A stretch of DNA of 32,000 bases, from NCBI RefSeq assembly GCF_000441555.1, contig NC_021885.1, forward strand, positions 427,400 to 459,399. The letters run 5' to 3'. How positions within the stretch are numbered: position 1 is the stretch's first letter; each line of letters opens with the position of its first letter. This DNA is from Candidatus Profftella armatura. Lineage in GTDB: Bacteria > Pseudomonadota > Gammaproteobacteria > Burkholderiales > Burkholderiaceae. A program made the position numbers and the translations under genes. Below, in pieces: positions 18,756 through 30,675 of the stretch. The notes below the pieces were generated by a model. It worked only from the letters and a program-made list of their open reading frames with translations. It was not told where the DNA came from and ran no database searches.

Positions 18756-20159
18756 TTATTCTTTCCTTTTTTGAAATAAAGAATAAAAAAAACCGTCATA
18801 ATCTTGTTTTTTATTTACAGTTGGTAACAATTGACCTGGTGAATTTAATCTAATAGAATCCTTATGATTTTTAGAAAAAATAATTGCCTGCTCTTCTGAT
18901 TCCTCAAACCATAATGAACACGTTACAAATAATAATTTTCCACCAGGTTTTAACATTTTCCATAAATTATTAAGAATTTTACAGGAGTATTTAGAAAGTT
19001 TTTTAATATCATTTTTCCTTCGTAACCATGGTATATCTGGATTTCTTCTAACAACACCAGATCCAGTACATGGTAAATCAGCTAAAATTCTATCAAAATA
19101 TTTATTTTTATAAAATCTAAAACGATTATTGGTTTTTTTATTTATATCTATATATAATTTTTTTAAATTAATTTTACTTATATCTGAAAGAATTAATGTT
19201 GCTTTTAAATTTAATCGTTTTAGATTTTCTGAAATCATATTTAATCTACTTAAGTTATTATCAACCGAAATTAGTTTAATATCTGCAATTTCTAATAAAT
19301 GACAAGTTTTACCCCCCGGCGCAGAACAAGCATCCAATACATACATTCCAGAACGGATATCTAGTAATGGTGCAGCTAATTGAGCGGCTGCATCTTGAAT
19401 TGAGCAAAATCCATTAAAAAATTTAGGAATTTTAGAAATAGAAATCGGGGTATGTAATTTTATAGCTAATGGTCCAATAATAGTTGTTTCCAATCCTGAT
19501 TTTTTTAAAAGTTTATTATAAGAAATAAGAGTAGTTTTACGTTGATTAATTCGTAATGTTAGGGGTGGTTTTTTATGACCAACATCAAGAATATTCTTCC
19601 ATTGAAAGAAATTAGGATAAGTAATTTTAACCTGATTTATCCACCATATCGGATAATTCCAATAACTTTCATGAATATTATACATTTTTGATTTAAATAT
19701 TTCCCCTTTTTTTCGAAGAAATTCTCGTAAAATTGCATTAATCATATTTTTTGCATAAGCTATTTTAGAATCAAATTGAACGACATTAACAGATTGATAA
19801 ACTATAGTATATATTTTATAATAATTTTTTAATTTATTTTCATTTTTTATATTCCTATTTTCTGTTTTAATTAATAAAGCCAAAGAACAAAATAATAATC
19901 CTTTTAATATTGAAATTTTTATCGGTTTTTTAATTAATTTGTTTAATAATATTTCAACTAACCTAAGATGTCGTATAGTATAATAAGTAATATCTTTTAT
20001 TGCTCCTTTTGCTTTTTCAGAAATATTATTTTTATCTAATATTTTTGAAAAAACTTTCTTTAAAGATATTCCGTTTTTTACATATATTATCAATTTTGCG
20101 GCATTATATAAATAAAAAGATAAAGAATCGTTATTTTTTTTATTATTATTTTGCGACAT
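18756..20159 (-). CDS. rsmB: 16S rRNA (cytosine967-C5)-methyltransferase
   Basis: The 467-aa ORF has the SAM motif DACSAPGGKT and the catalytic motifs DLPCTGSGVVRRNPD and TCS. The N-terminal domain is NusB-like. Confidence 0.9.
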   Translation of the reverse strand: MSQNNNKKNNDSLSFYLYNAAKLIIYVKNGISLKKVFSKILDKNNISEKAKGAIKDITYYTIRHLRLVEILLNKLIKKPIKISILKGLLFCSLALLIKTENRNIKNENKLKNYYKIYTIVYQSVNVVQFDSKIAYAKNMINAILREFLRKKGEIFKSKMYNIHESYWNYPIWWINQVKITYPNFFQWKNILDVGHKKPPLTLRINQRKTTLISYNKLLKKSGLETTIIGPLAIKLHTPISISKIPKFFNGFCSIQDAAAQLAAPLLDIRSGMYVLDACSAPGGKTCHLLEIADIKLISVDNNLSRLNMISENLKRLNLKATLILSDISKINLKKLYIDINKKTNNRFRFYKNKYFDRILADLPCTGSGVVRRNPDIPWLRRKNDIKKLSKYSCKILNNLWKMLKPGGKLLFVTCSLWFEESEEQAIIFSKNHKDSIRLNSPGQLLPTVNKKQDYDGFFYSLFQKRKE

Positions 20160-20165
20160 TTATTT

Positions 20166-21599
20166 TTAATAACGATAATTATCTAATTTATATGGCCCAT
20201 TTTTAGAAACTCCAATATATTTAGCTTGCTGATCTGTTAATTTTGATAATTGTACATTTAATTTTTTTAATTGCAAACGAGCTACTTTTTCATCAAGAAT
20301 TTTAGGTAAGGTATATATTCCAATAGGATAATTAGATGTATTATTAAATAATTCAATTTGAGCGAGTGTTTGATTAGCAAATGAAGAACTCATAACATAA
20401 GATGGATGACCAGTTCCACATCCCAAATTAACTAAACGACCTTCTGCTAAAAGAATGATTTTTTTTCCATCTGGAAAAATAATATGATCTACTTGTGGTT
20501 TTATATTTTCCCATTTATATTTTTTTAATTTTTCTACTTCAATTTCATTATCAAAATGTCCTATATTACAAACAATAGCTTGATCCTTCATATCTCTCAT
20601 ATGATCATGTGTAATTACATGATAATTACCTGTGCATGTAACAAAAATATCACCATATTTTTTCGCATATTCCATTGTTACAACTAAAAATCCTTCCATA
20701 GCAGCTTGTAACGCACAAATTGGATCAATTTCAATTATCCATACTTGAGCTGATAACGCTCTCATTGCTTGAGCAGATCCTTTTCCAACATCACCATAAC
20801 CAATTATTACAGCAATTTTTCCTGCAATCATAACATCTGTTGCTCGCTTAATACCATCAATTAAAGATTCACGACAACCATATAAATTATCAAATTTTGA
20901 CTTAGTTACAGAATCATTTACATTAATTGCGGGAAAGGATAATTTACCTTCTTTAAACATTCGACGTAATCGATAAACACCTGTAGTAGTTTCTTCAGTT
21001 ACTCCTTTTATTTGTTTTAATCTAGAAGAATACCATTTTGAATCAATTTTTAATTTATTTTTAATAGATTTAAATAAACATACTTCTTCCTCTGAACATG
21101 GATTAGATAATATAGATATGTTATTTTCAGCTTGAGCCCCTAAATGTAATAAAAATGTAGCATCACCTCCATCATCTAAAATCATATTAGCTTGTTCTGT
21201 ATTAGAGTTTCCTGGCCAATCAAAAATTCTATGATTAAATTCCCAATAATCACTTATAGATTCACCCTTAAATGCAAAAACAGGAATACCCTTACTAGCA
21301 ATTGCTGCAGCAGCATGATCTTGCGTTGAATAAATATTACAAGAAGACCATCTTACTTCAGCTCCTAAACATTTTAATGTTTCAATTAATACAGCAGTTT
21401 GAATCGTCATATGAATTGAACCACTAATTCGCGCGCCTTTCAAAGGTTTACTCTTTACAAATTCTTCTCTAATAGAAATTAAACTAAACATTTCTGTTTC
21501 AGCGATTTCTATTTCTTTTCTACCCCATTGGGATAAATTTATATCAGCAATAACAAAATCTTTTGATATAAAATTATTTTTTTGTGTTAAATTTTTCAT
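20166..21599 (-). CDS. ahcY: Adenosylhomocysteinase
   Basis: The 477-aa ORF is highly conserved. It contains [21 protein letters not shown], the NAD-binding GYGDVGKG and GHFDNEI. Confidence 0.97.
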   Translation of the reverse strand: MKNLTQKNNFISKDFVIADINLSQWGRKEIEIAETEMFSLISIREEFVKSKPLKGARISGSIHMTIQTAVLIETLKCLGAEVRWSSCNIYSTQDHAAAAIASKGIPVFAFKGESISDYWEFNHRIFDWPGNSNTEQANMILDDGGDATFLLHLGAQAENNISILSNPCSEEEVCLFKSIKNKLKIDSKWYSSRLKQIKGVTEETTTGVYRLRRMFKEGKLSFPAINVNDSVTKSKFDNLYGCRESLIDGIKRATDVMIAGKIAVIIGYGDVGKGSAQAMRALSAQVWIIEIDPICALQAAMEGFLVVTMEYAKKYGDIFVTCTGNYHVITHDHMRDMKDQAIVCNIGHFDNEIEVEKLKKYKWENIKPQVDHIIFPDGKKIILLAEGRLVNLGCGTGHPSYVMSSSFANQTLAQIELFNNTSNYPIGIYTLPKILDEKVARLQLKKLNVQLSKLTDQQAKYIGVSKNGPYKLDNYRY

Positions 21600-21649
21600 A
21601 ATTATTTATATTTATATTTTACAAAAATGTATTTTAAATTTTTAAAAAA

Positions 21650-22813
21650 TTACAAACCTGCAGAATTTTTTAATACTTCAGCTTTATCAGTTAATTCCCA
21701 TGTAAATTCTGGTTCTTTACGACCAAAATGACCATAAACTGAAGTTTTTTTATAAATCGGACGTAATAAATTAAGCATTTTTATAATATTTTTTGGTCGT
21801 AAATCAAAATGTTTTTTAACTAACATAGTTAATTTTTCGTCGCTTATTTTACCGCTACCAAAAGAAGTAACCATGATTGAAGTTGGTTTTGCTACTCCAA
21901 TTGCATAAGATATTTGTATTTGACAACGTTTTGCTAAATTAGCAGCAACAATATTTTTTGCTATATAACGTCCAACGTATGCAGCAGAACGATCAATTTT
22001 AGAAGGATCTTTCCCTGAAAAAGCTCCCCCACCATGAGGTGCCGCACCCCCATAAGTATCAACAATTATTTTACGACCAGTTAAACCACAGTCTCCTTTC
22101 GGTCCTCCAATTACAAATCTTCCTGTTGGATTAATTAAATAACGAGTATTTTTTAATAAATTTTTAGGAATTATTGGTCGAATAATTTCTTCTATTGCTG
22201 CTTCCTTAATAGATCTATATGGTATTTCTGGATCATGTTGAGTAGATAAGACAATCGTATCAATAGCTACCGGTTTTCCATTATCATATCTTAAAGTGAC
22301 TTGAGATTTAGCGTCTGGACGTAACCAAGGTAAATTACCATTCTTTCGTAATTCTGATTGTCTTTTTACAATAAGATGAGAATAATAAATAGCAGAAGGC
22401 ATCAATTCTGGTGTTTCATCACAAGCATATCCAAACATTAAACCTTGATCTCCAGCTCCTTGATCAAAATTAAGTCCTTCTCCCTCATTAACTCCTTGAG
22501 CAATATCTAAAGACTGTTTATTATAAATTAATAATACCGCGCAACTTTTGTAATCAATACCATAATCAATATTATTATATCCAATATCCTTAATAGTTTT
22601 GCGTACTATATTGACATAATCAATATTAGCATCTGTCGTTATTTCTCCAGCTAAAACAATTAAATTATTATTACATAGTGTTTCAGCTGCAACTCGAGCT
22701 TTTAAATCTTTTAAAAAAATTTCATCTAATATAGCATCAGAAATTTGATCAGCAATTTTATCAGGATGACCTTCAGATACAGATTCTGAAGTAAAAAGAT
22801 AATCATTAGGCAT
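21650..22813 (-). CDS. metK: S-adenosylmethionine synthase
   Basis: The 387-aa ORF contains [36 protein letters not shown] and [19 protein letters not shown]. Confidence 0.97.
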   Translation of the reverse strand: MPNDYLFTSESVSEGHPDKIADQISDAILDEIFLKDLKARVAAETLCNNNLIVLAGEITTDANIDYVNIVRKTIKDIGYNNIDYGIDYKSCAVLLIYNKQSLDIAQGVNEGEGLNFDQGAGDQGLMFGYACDETPELMPSAIYYSHLIVKRQSELRKNGNLPWLRPDAKSQVTLRYDNGKPVAIDTIVLSTQHDPEIPYRSIKEAAIEEIIRPIIPKNLLKNTRYLINPTGRFVIGGPKGDCGLTGRKIIVDTYGGAAPHGGGAFSGKDPSKIDRSAAYVGRYIAKNIVAANLAKRCQIQISYAIGVAKPTSIMVTSFGSGKISDEKLTMLVKKHFDLRPKNIIKMLNLLRPIYKKTSVYGHFGRKEPEFTWELTDKAEVLKNSAGL

Positions 22814-22934
22814 ACGTTAACTCCAATAAAAAATTTTTTGTGAACATATTCCTGTACCATTTTATCTTTTAAAAAATTTTATCATTTTTTTATTAATAAG
22901 TAAAATTATAAAATTTTTGTAAAAAAATATTAAC

Positions 22935-23570
22935 TTAATAACTATATAACATCTGTGTTATTATATTTTTAATATGATGTAATTTTTTATGGAAAAAATG
23001 TCCTCCACCTGGTATTACTACAACAGGAATATCTAATGGATTAGCCCATAAAAAAACATCTTTTAATGGGATAATTTCATCAAGTTCACCGTGAATTATA
23101 ATTGTATTTTTTGGAACTTCTGGTATTAACCATTTTTTAACAGCAACACTAATTAATATTAATATTTTAATTGATATTTCCTTATCTAAACGTTTTTGTA
23201 ATTTTGCTTGAACAAATGTACCAAATGAAAACCCGGCTAATATAATAGGGAGATATGGGTATTTTTTTTGAATATATCGTAATAAAATTTCCATATCATC
23301 AGTTTCTCCATTTCCTGAGTCATACGTACCACTTGATGCCCCAACTCCTCTAAAATTCATTCGAATTGATATATAACCTAAACTTAACATAACTCTAACT
23401 AGAGTTTGTACAACCTTATTGTCCATTGTTCCACCAAATAATGGATGAGGATGCGCTATCAATACAACACCTTTTAGTTTTAATAATTTTATTGAACTTG
23501 GAAAGTTAATAGCGCAATGAAGTATTCCAACAGAACCATTTATATTAAAAAATTTAGTATTAGAGATCAT
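22935..23570 (-). CDS. Small alpha/beta-fold hydrolase of unknown substrate
   Basis: The 211-aa ORF has a nucleophile elbow GFSFG, a later HGELDEIIP and a C-terminal GGGHFFH, consistent with a Ser-Asp-His triad. Confidence 0.7.
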   Translation of the reverse strand: MISNTKFFNINGSVGILHCAINFPSSIKLLKLKGVVLIAHPHPLFGGTMDNKVVQTLVRVMLSLGYISIRMNFRGVGASSGTYDSGNGETDDMEILLRYIQKKYPYLPIILAGFSFGTFVQAKLQKRLDKEISIKILILISVAVKKWLIPEVPKNTIIIHGELDEIIPLKDVFLWANPLDIPVVVIPGGGHFFHKKLHHIKNIITQMLYSY

Positions 23571-23692
23571 AATATTGTAATATTGAAATAAGAATAAAAA
23601 TAATTTAAATTTTTAAAATATAAATTATATGATAAATTTATTTAATTATATTTACTATATAAAAAAATTTTCAATTTTAATTTTAAAATATT

Positions 23693-24490
23693 ATGAATAT
23701 TTATTCACATTCTTTAAATACTTCACGTATTAAAAATTTATATTATAATTATAACACTGATACTAAAATTGATATTCGTACAATTCTTTCGACTAATTCC
23801 ACTAATTCAAATTTATTATCTATAGCAAATACTGGTCTATTGTTTCATCCAACATTTTTAGCAACGAAAATTCAAACTGCTGGACGAGGAAGGGCTGGTC
23901 GTATTTGGTATTCAGAACCAGAAATAACATTAACTTTTTCTCTCGCATGGAAATTTAAAATTTCTCTTAAATACTTAACTAGTTTACCTTTAGTAATTAG
24001 TATCGCTTTATCTATCGCATTAAAAAAATTTGGACAAAAAGTACAATTAAAATGGCCAAATGATTTATTATTAAATGGTAATAAATTTTGTGGAATATTA
24101 ATTGATACATGTATTGAAAAAAAAAATAATAATTGGGCTATTATTGGAATAGGATTAAATCTCGGATTGCCACGTATATTAAGTAAAAAAATAAATATTG
24201 GTAATATTTCAGAATTATTAAATATGGAACATGAAAAATTATTAGCGGTATTTATTTGTTATTTAATTGATTCTTTAAAATTATTTGAACATTATGGTTT
24301 TTCTATATTTATGAAATATTGGAATTTTAATCACGCTTATACTAATAAAACTGTTGATATTTTAAAATTAAATAAAATTCAAAAAGGTATTGTTATTGGA
24401 ATTAATAAAAATGGTTGTTTACTATTAAATACTAAATTTGGTAAAATAACAATCTCCTCAGGAGATGTCTCGTTACGTTTGCAAAAATAA
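23693..24490 (+). CDS. birA: Biotin-[acetyl-CoA-carboxylase] ligase, with no N-terminal DNA-binding domain
   Basis: The 265-aa ORF contains STNSNLL, TAGRGRAGRIW and KWPNDLLLNGNKFCGILID. There is too little N-terminal sequence for a winged-helix repressor domain. Confidence 0.88.
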   Translation: MNIYSHSLNTSRIKNLYYNYNTDTKIDIRTILSTNSTNSNLLSIANTGLLFHPTFLATKIQTAGRGRAGRIWYSEPEITLTFSLAWKFKISLKYLTSLPLVISIALSIALKKFGQKVQLKWPNDLLLNGNKFCGILIDTCIEKKNNNWAIIGIGLNLGLPRILSKKINIGNISELLNMEHEKLLAVFICYLIDSLKLFEHYGFSIFMKYWNFNHAYTNKTVDILKLNKIQKGIVIGINKNGCLLLNTKFGKITISSGDVSLRLQK

Positions 24491-24583
24491 TATTCTTAAA
24501 TGAAGGACATATATTAATAAAATTTAAAATTTTCATAAAATTATTAAAATTTTTCCTATAATTGGCTTATAACAAATTATAAT

Positions 24584-25057
24584 TTAAAATATTTTATATT
24601 TTTTAAACTTATCTAGTGTGATTATAATAATTCCTATAAAAATAGAACTATCAGAAATATTAAATATAAACCAATGTAAACAATTAATATGTATATCAAA
24701 AAAATCAATTACATAATTATATAAAACATAATCTATAAAATTTCCAACCGCACCTCCCAAAAAAAAAGATAACCCATAACAAAAAATATATTCTTTTATA
24801 AAAATTTTAAAAAAATAAATAACTAAAAAAAATATAAAAATATTAATTATGATTAATATATTTTGTTGTAAATAAATTTTTTCACAAATTAAATTAAATA
24901 TTATTTTTTTATAGTTATATATAAGAAATAAATTTAAAAAAGAATTAATTATTAATATTTTTTTATAAATAAATAATTTAGTTATAAATATTTTACTTAA
25001 TTGATCAACAAAAGATATTACAAAAGACAAAAAAATCCATAATAAATTTTTTTTCAT
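24584..25057 (-). CDS. lspA: Lipoprotein signal peptidase II (divergent)
   Basis: The 157-aa membrane ORF lies immediately downstream of ileS. Both catalytic Asp contexts are retained (GNFIDY, FNISDS), but the NxGAAF block is not conserved. Confidence 0.8.
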   Translation of the reverse strand: MKKNLLWIFLSFVISFVDQLSKIFITKLFIYKKILIINSFLNLFLIYNYKKIIFNLICEKIYLQQNILIIINIFIFFLVIYFFKIFIKEYIFCYGLSFFLGGAVGNFIDYVLYNYVIDFFDIHINCLHWFIFNISDSSIFIGIIIITLDKFKKYKIF

Positions 25058-25101
25058 AATAATTCTGCTAATTTATTAATAAAAAAATATTTTAAAATAA
25101 A

Positions 25102-27996
25102 TTAAGCAAAATAACGTTTTTCCCCAATACCAAATAAATTATTAAAACAACGATTACATAAATCAGGATAATCATCCCTTTCACCAACATCGGCTTGATA
25201 ATGCCAACATCGATTACATTTTTTATAAATAGATGGTTTAATTATAATACATTCCTCCGATAAATTTTTGATCTGAAATAAACTTACAGAAGATGTCAAT
25301 AAAAAAAACTTTAATTCTTCTCCAAATTCATTTAAAATTTCAAAGTCCAATTTATTAATTTTTAATATTATTTCAGCTTGAAGTGAGGAACCAATAATAC
25401 CAGTACTACGAATCTTTTCTAACTTTTGCATAACTTTTGATCTAATTTTTTTTAAGATCATGTATTTATATAATAATTTCTTAGAATTATAAACTTTTGG
25501 CAATTTATAATGAAGTTGTGTAAAAATAGTTTCACCTGATTCTATATAAAAATTTTTATCAGAAAAAATAGACCAAGCTTCTTCAGATGTAAAAGATAAT
25601 ATTGGAGATATTAATCTTAATAAAGATTGATTAATATGCCAAATAGAAGTTTGAGCTGAACGTCTAGCATGTGAATTTTTTTTAGTAGTATATAATCTAT
25701 CTTTTAAGATATCCAAATAAAAACTACCTAAATCTTCAGAGCAATATATTTGTAATTTAGATACTATCATATGAAATTCATACATACGATAATGTGATAA
25801 AATTTCTTTTTGTAAATTTGTAATATTAATAATTGCATATTTATCAATTTCTACCATATCTGAAATTTTAATAATATTTATATTTGGATTAAAATCAGAT
25901 GTATTAGCTAATAAAAATCTTAATGTATTACGAATACGACGATATGTCTCGACTACACGATTTAAAATTTCATTTGAAATTGATAAATCCTTTGAATAAT
26001 CTGTTGAAGCAACCCATAATCTTAAAATTTCTGCACCAAATAAATTACATAATTTTTGTGGTTTTATTATATTACCTTTTGATTTAGACATTTTTTTACC
26101 CTTAGAATCTACAACAAAACCATGTGTTAATAACGCTTTATAAGGCGCAGATTTATTTAATATAATAGAAGTTAATAAAGATGAATGAAACCAACCACGA
26201 TGTTGATCTGATCCCTCTAAATATAAATCAGCTGGAAATATTAATTGTTTTTTATGTGAACCACGAATAACAGTTTGATGAGTAATTCCAGAATCAAACC
26301 AAACATCTAAAGTATCATTACTTTTTTTATAATTTACCGCATCATCTCCTAAAAATTCTTTAATATCTAAATTTTGCCATATTTCAATTCCATTAAGTTC
26401 TATTTTTTTAGCAATTAACTCAATTAATTCCAATGTTTTTGGATGTAATTTTCCGCTTTTTTTATGAATAAAAAATGCTATTGGAACTCCCCAATGTCTT
26501 TGACGTGAAATAGTCCAATCTGGCCTATTTAATATCATGCTCTTTAATCTATCCTTTCCCCAGGAAGGAAAAAATTTAATTTTATTAATAGCTGTTATAG
26601 CGGATTCTCTTAAAGATTTTTTTTCATTTTTAGGAATTTTATCCATATTAATAAACCACTGTAATGTAGTACGATAAATAATTGGTGTTTTATGTCGCCA
26701 ACAATGCATATAACTATGTTCAAACATTTCGATATTGAATAAAGTTTTACTTTTCTTTAAATAGGAGCAAATTAATTTTGAAGCTTTCCAAATAGACATA
26801 CCGCCAAATAATGGTAAAGTAGATATAAAATTTCCATCATCCATAACTGGATTAATAATATCACTATCTTTCATATTTTGTTTTTTAAAAATTAAAAAAT
26901 CTTCAATACCATAGGCAGGGGCAGAATGTACAATACCAGTACCACTATCAACAGTAATATAATCACCTAAATAAATTGGAGATAATCTATTATAATTTAT
27001 ATCAATATTTGATAACGGATGAAAAAAATTTATTTTGCTGAGTTTAATTCCCTTACAAATCCCAATAATATTTCCTTTGAATCCAAATTTTTTTAAACAA
27101 CTTTTTACTAAATTAAAAGCCAAAATTAATAATAAAGGAGGATCATTTTTTATATGCACTAAAGCATAATCAAATTCCGGGTGTACATGTAATGCTTGAT
27201 TAGCAGGAATAGTCCATGGTGTACTAGTCCAAATTACTATATATCCTTTTCCGCTTGGAAGATTTTTTAAATTAAAAATACTTTTTATTTTTTCTGGTTC
27301 AGAAAAACTAAAACCAACATAAATTGAAAAATCATATTTTTTTTTATATTCTATTTCCGCTTCTGCTAATGCAGATTTACAATCAAAACACCAATTAACA
27401 GGTTTTAATCCATGATAAACATAACCTTTTTTAAAAATAATACCAAATGCACGTAATTCATTTGCTTCATTTAAAAAATCCATAGTTTTATATGAATTAT
27501 CCCACTCTCCTAATATACCAAGCCTCATAAAATCCATTTTTTGTTGTTCAATTTTTTCATAAGCTAAGGCTCTTGCTTTATTTTGAATTTCAATTGGAGA
27601 TAAATTTTTACCATATAATTTTTCAATTTGAATTTCTATAGGCATACCATGACAATCATAACCAGGTACATATTGAGCATCAAAACCATCCATATTATAA
27701 AATTTAACAATTATATCTTTTAAGATCTTATTAACTGCATGTCCAATATGGATATCTCCATTAGCATATGGAGGACCATCATGTAAAATAAATTTTGGTC
27801 GATTAATAGATGCTTTTCTAATTTGATGATATATTTTTTTTTCTTGCCATTTTTTTATCCATCCTGGTTCACGTTTTGATAATTCCCCTCGCATTGGAAA
27901 TATTGTATTAATTATATTTATTGGATATTTATTTTTTATATTTTTTTGTTTATTTTTTTTAATAAAAATTAGTGCATTATTATTTTTTTCTTTCAT
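25102..27996 (-). CDS. ileS: Isoleucyl-tRNA synthetase
   Basis: The 964-aa ORF has HIGH ([10 protein letters not shown]), KMSKS (KKMSKSKGN) and a C-terminal CxxC...CxxC zinc motif. The first ~20 residues extend beyond the E. coli N-terminus, so the true start is uncertain. Confidence 0.96.
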   Translation of the reverse strand: MKEKNNNALIFIKKNKQKNIKNKYPINIINTIFPMRGELSKREPGWIKKWQEKKIYHQIRKASINRPKFILHDGPPYANGDIHIGHAVNKILKDIIVKFYNMDGFDAQYVPGYDCHGMPIEIQIEKLYGKNLSPIEIQNKARALAYEKIEQQKMDFMRLGILGEWDNSYKTMDFLNEANELRAFGIIFKKGYVYHGLKPVNWCFDCKSALAEAEIEYKKKYDFSIYVGFSFSEPEKIKSIFNLKNLPSGKGYIVIWTSTPWTIPANQALHVHPEFDYALVHIKNDPPLLLILAFNLVKSCLKKFGFKGNIIGICKGIKLSKINFFHPLSNIDINYNRLSPIYLGDYITVDSGTGIVHSAPAYGIEDFLIFKKQNMKDSDIINPVMDDGNFISTLPLFGGMSIWKASKLICSYLKKSKTLFNIEMFEHSYMHCWRHKTPIIYRTTLQWFINMDKIPKNEKKSLRESAITAINKIKFFPSWGKDRLKSMILNRPDWTISRQRHWGVPIAFFIHKKSGKLHPKTLELIELIAKKIELNGIEIWQNLDIKEFLGDDAVNYKKSNDTLDVWFDSGITHQTVIRGSHKKQLIFPADLYLEGSDQHRGWFHSSLLTSIILNKSAPYKALLTHGFVVDSKGKKMSKSKGNIIKPQKLCNLFGAEILRLWVASTDYSKDLSISNEILNRVVETYRRIRNTLRFLLANTSDFNPNINIIKISDMVEIDKYAIINITNLQKEILSHYRMYEFHMIVSKLQIYCSEDLGSFYLDILKDRLYTTKKNSHARRSAQTSIWHINQSLLRLISPILSFTSEEAWSIFSDKNFYIESGETIFTQLHYKLPKVYNSKKLLYKYMILKKIRSKVMQKLEKIRSTGIIGSSLQAEIILKINKLDFEILNEFGEELKFFLLTSSVSLFQIKNLSEECIIIKPSIYKKCNRCWHYQADVGERDDYPDLCNRCFNNLFGIGEKRYFA

Positions 27997-28108
27997 AATT
28001 AAATTAATTTAATTAGTATATGTATTATTTAATTAATTACCTTAATAAATTTTGTAACTTTAATATTATTCTTAAAAAAATTTTAAAACTATATTTTTCT
28101 CCTTAAAA

Positions 28109-28831
28109 CTACATTTCTCCCCATACACCATTTAATATCGCTAAAGCAACTAAACTAGCAGTTTCAGTTCGTAATATACGTTTCCCTAATGATAATATAA
28201 TTACTCCACATTCATATGCTAAATTTTCTTCTTTTTCAGTAAAACCACCTTCCGGACCAATTAATAATTCCACTTCTTGTGGACTTTGATTATTTGCCCA
28301 GCATGATAATTTTTTTCTCCCTCTAGGAGAGAGTAATATTCTTGCACAAGAAATTTTAGATATTAACCAATTATTAAAATAAATATTAGGAGCTAAAACA
28401 GGTAATATATTTCTTCCGCTCTGTTCTGTGGCAGAAATTATTATATTTTTCCAACGAATTCTTTTTTTTATAATACGCTCATTATTTAATTGAATTATAC
28501 AACGATTTGTTATAATTGGTTGTATAATTTTCACACCAAGCTCCACCGATTTTTCAATAATTAAATCAAATTTACGATTTTCAGGTAATGCTTGAACTAA
28601 TGTAATTGTATATGGTAATTCAATTTCACGAAATAAAAAAGAAATTATTTGAATCAAAATTTTTTTTTTAATTGATATTAATTTAGCAATATATTCACCA
28701 CCAAAACCATTAAACAAGATAATTGTATTTTTATATTTTACACGTAATACATTTAAATGATTTACAATATTGTCAGGTAAATATAAATATTGACCAATTA
28801 TAAATGGAATAGGATAATAAAAACGTAACAT
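28109..28831 (-). CDS. rsmE: 16S rRNA (uracil1498-N3)-methyltransferase
   Basis: The 240-aa ORF has an N-terminal PUA-like region and the C-terminal SPOUT motifs LLIGPEGGFTEKE and LGKRILRTETA. Confidence 0.85.
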   Translation of the reverse strand: MLRFYYPIPFIIGQYLYLPDNIVNHLNVLRVKYKNTIILFNGFGGEYIAKLISIKKKILIQIISFLFREIELPYTITLVQALPENRKFDLIIEKSVELGVKIIQPIITNRCIIQLNNERIIKKRIRWKNIIISATEQSGRNILPVLAPNIYFNNWLISKISCARILLSPRGRKKLSCWANNQSPQEVELLIGPEGGFTEKEENLAYECGVIILSLGKRILRTETASLVALAILNGVWGEM

Positions 28832-28888
28832 TTTTATACTTCAAAATTTATCATTAATAATTTAAATCAAGTTAAAAAAATGTTTTAA

Positions 28889-29368
28889 TTAATACTTTAT
28901 ACTTTTATTTTTTACAAAATTACGACGTTTAATGAAAAATGATTTTAATAATTTTTCACATTGTTTTTGCATAACTCCACCAGTCAATATAGTATGATGA
29001 TTTAATTTTTTTTCCTGAAACAAATTAATAATAGAACCACAAGCTCCTGTTTTAAAAGAAGGAGTTCCATAAATAATTTCACCTAATCTTACATGAATAA
29101 TTGCTCCAGCACACATCGCACAAGGCTCTAAAGTTACATATATTTTATAATTTTTAGAAAAACGATAATTATTTAATAGTTTAGAAGCCATTCTTAGTGC
29201 TATAATCTCAGCATGAGCAGTTGGATCATTTCGAGTAATTTGTTGATTATATCCATATGAAATTACTAAATTATTTTTAACTAATACCGCTCCAACCGGT
29301 ACTTCTCCGGCTATCAAAGCAAGCTTAGCTTGCAATAAAGCAAGTCTCATAAATTTAATAGAATTCAT
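28889..29368 (-). CDS. tadA: tRNA adenosine(34) deaminase
   Basis: The 159-aa ORF has the CDA-fold zinc motifs HAEIIALR and PCAMCAGA. Confidence 0.92.
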   Translation of the reverse strand: MNSIKFMRLALLQAKLALIAGEVPVGAVLVKNNLVISYGYNQQITRNDPTAHAEIIALRMASKLLNNYRFSKNYKIYVTLEPCAMCAGAIIHVRLGEIIYGTPSFKTGACGSIINLFQEKKLNHHTILTGGVMQKQCEKLLKSFFIKRRNFVKNKSIKY

Positions 29369-29458
29369 TAATTTTTTATATTTTTTAAAAAAATATTTTT
29401 TTAATCTTAAAATAAGAATATAATAATATAATAAAATTTTTAAAAAATTTAGGAATAA

Positions 29459-29532
29459 AGGCGCGTAGCTCAGATGGTTAGAGTCCTACCTTGACATGGT
29501 AGAGGTCGTTGGTTCGAATCCAATCGCGCCTA
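29459..29532 (+). tRNA. tRNA-Val (anticodon GAC)
   Basis: 74-nt cloverleaf. Acceptor is AGGCGCG/CGCGCCT, anticodon stem CTACC/GGTAG, loop TTGACAT, T arm GTTGG-TTCGAAT-CCAAT. It is followed by a T8 run. Confidence 0.9.
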
Positions 29533-29560
29533 TTTTTTTTAAAATTTCTTTTAATTACAC

Positions 29561-30349
29561 TCATTCAACATTAAATAATTTATAAAAATTATCACTAGTA
29601 TATTTTCCAATTTCAGTTACAGAGGTATTGCGAAAATTTGCAATAAATTTTGCTATATCATATAAAAAAGCAGGTTCATTAACTTTACCCCTATGAGGAA
29701 TTGGAGAAAGATACGGAGAATCAGTTTCAATTAACATATTTTTTAATGAAATCGACCCCATTACTTTTTGCAATATTTTAGAATTTTTGAACGTAACAAT
29801 ACCTGAAAAAGAAATATAAAAACCTAGTTCTATTATTTCTCTTGCTACATCTAAAGACTCTGTAAAACAATGTATTACCCCCCCTGCCCCCCCCCCCATT
29901 TTTGGGATTGCTTTTTCTTCTTTAAGTATTTTTATAATATCATTAGTAGCTAGACGATTATGAATAATTAGTGGTTTTTTTGTAATTAAAGATGCTTTAA
30001 TATGAGCACGAAAACGTTGATGTTGTAATTTGATTAAATTAGTATCTTTTAAATTAAAATAATCTAAACCAGTTTCTCCAATAGCAATAATTTTAGGATC
30101 AGAAGATAAGGATACTATTTTTTCTAAATTAGGTTCTTCTAAGTTTTTATTATACTTTGGATGTATTCCGATTGAGGCGTAAATATTAGAATAGTCATGT
30201 GTTAAGGAAAGAATTCTTGATAAATCTGTTAGGTTAACCGATGCACATAATATTTTGTTTACCATTTTTCTTTCCATGTTTTTTAATACTTCTGGTAAAC
30301 GTGTATATAGTTCATTAAAATTAATATGACAATGAGAATCAATAAGCAT
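29561..30349 (-). CDS. ycfH: TatD-family metal-dependent hydrolase (YcfH-like)
   Basis: The 262-aa ORF has DSHCH, GETGLDY, IIHNR, HCFTE and ETDSPYL, so all metal-ligand motifs are present. Confidence 0.9.
   Translation of the reverse strand: MLIDSHCHINFNELYTRLPEVLKNMERKMVNKILCASVNLTDLSRILSLTHDYSNIYASIGIHPKYNKNLEEPNLEKIVSLSSDPKIIAIGETGLDYFNLKDTNLIKLQHQRFRAHIKASLITKKPLIIHNRLATNDIIKILKEEKAIPKMGGGAGGVIHCFTESLDVAREIIELGFYISFSGIVTFKNSKILQKVMGSISLKNMLIETDSPYLSPIPHRGKVNEPAFLYDIAKFIANFRNTSVTEIGKYTSDNFYKLFNVE
29878..29897 (-). repeat. Homopolymer tracts G7 + CA + G11 (coding strand) inside the TatD-family gene
   Basis: Read directly on the plus strand: C7 (29878-29884), TG, C11 (29887-29897). It encodes M-GGG-A-GG-V using GGG codons. 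Confidence 0.95.
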
Positions 30350-30375
30350 GAATTATTTATTGTATTATTAATATA

Positions 30376-30452
30376 TGGCGGAGTGGACGGGATTTGAACC
30401 CGCGACCCCCGGCGTGACAGGCCGGTATTCTAACCGACTGAACTACCACTCC
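30376..30452 (-). tRNA. tRNA-Asp (anticodon GUC), CCA encoded
   Basis: The reverse complement is a 77-nt cloverleaf. Acceptor is GGAGTGG/CCACTCC, anticodon stem CCGGC/GCCGG, loop CTGTCAC, and the 3' end is GCCA. Confidence 0.94.
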
Positions 30453-30480
30453 TTATTTATTTTACAATTTTTTTAAAATA

Positions 30481-30556
30481 TGGTGGGTGTTGAGAGAATT
30501 GAACTCCCGACCTACGCCTTGTAAGGGCGTCACTCTACCAACTGAGCTAAACACCC
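30481..30556 (-). tRNA. tRNA-Val (anticodon UAC), CCA encoded
   Basis: The reverse complement is a 76-nt cloverleaf. Acceptor is GGGTGTT/AACACCC, anticodon stem ACGCC/GGCGT, loop CTTACAA, and the 3' end is ACCA. Confidence 0.94.
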
Positions 30557-30675
30557 TAATATTATTTAAATTTTATTTTAAAGTATTTTTTGATTTTTTT
30601 CCACGTTTAAATTTGGAGTTTAGTTTTATTTACTTTCTATTTTAGAATAATGTAAATTAAAATTAGTTAAACATT

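Noticed and set aside
20000-20206. 68-aa plus-strand ORF antisense to the rsmB/ahcY junction
   Set aside because: It is antisense and low-complexity, with no supporting signals.
21600-21649. Looked for the SAH riboswitch that commonly precedes ahcY in Betaproteobacteria, and for a SAM element upstream of metK (22814-22934)
   Set aside because: The metK-ahcY gap is only 50 nt of nearly pure A/T, and the metK leader has no GC-rich paired structure. No riboswitch can be supported, and ahcY is probably co-transcribed with metK.
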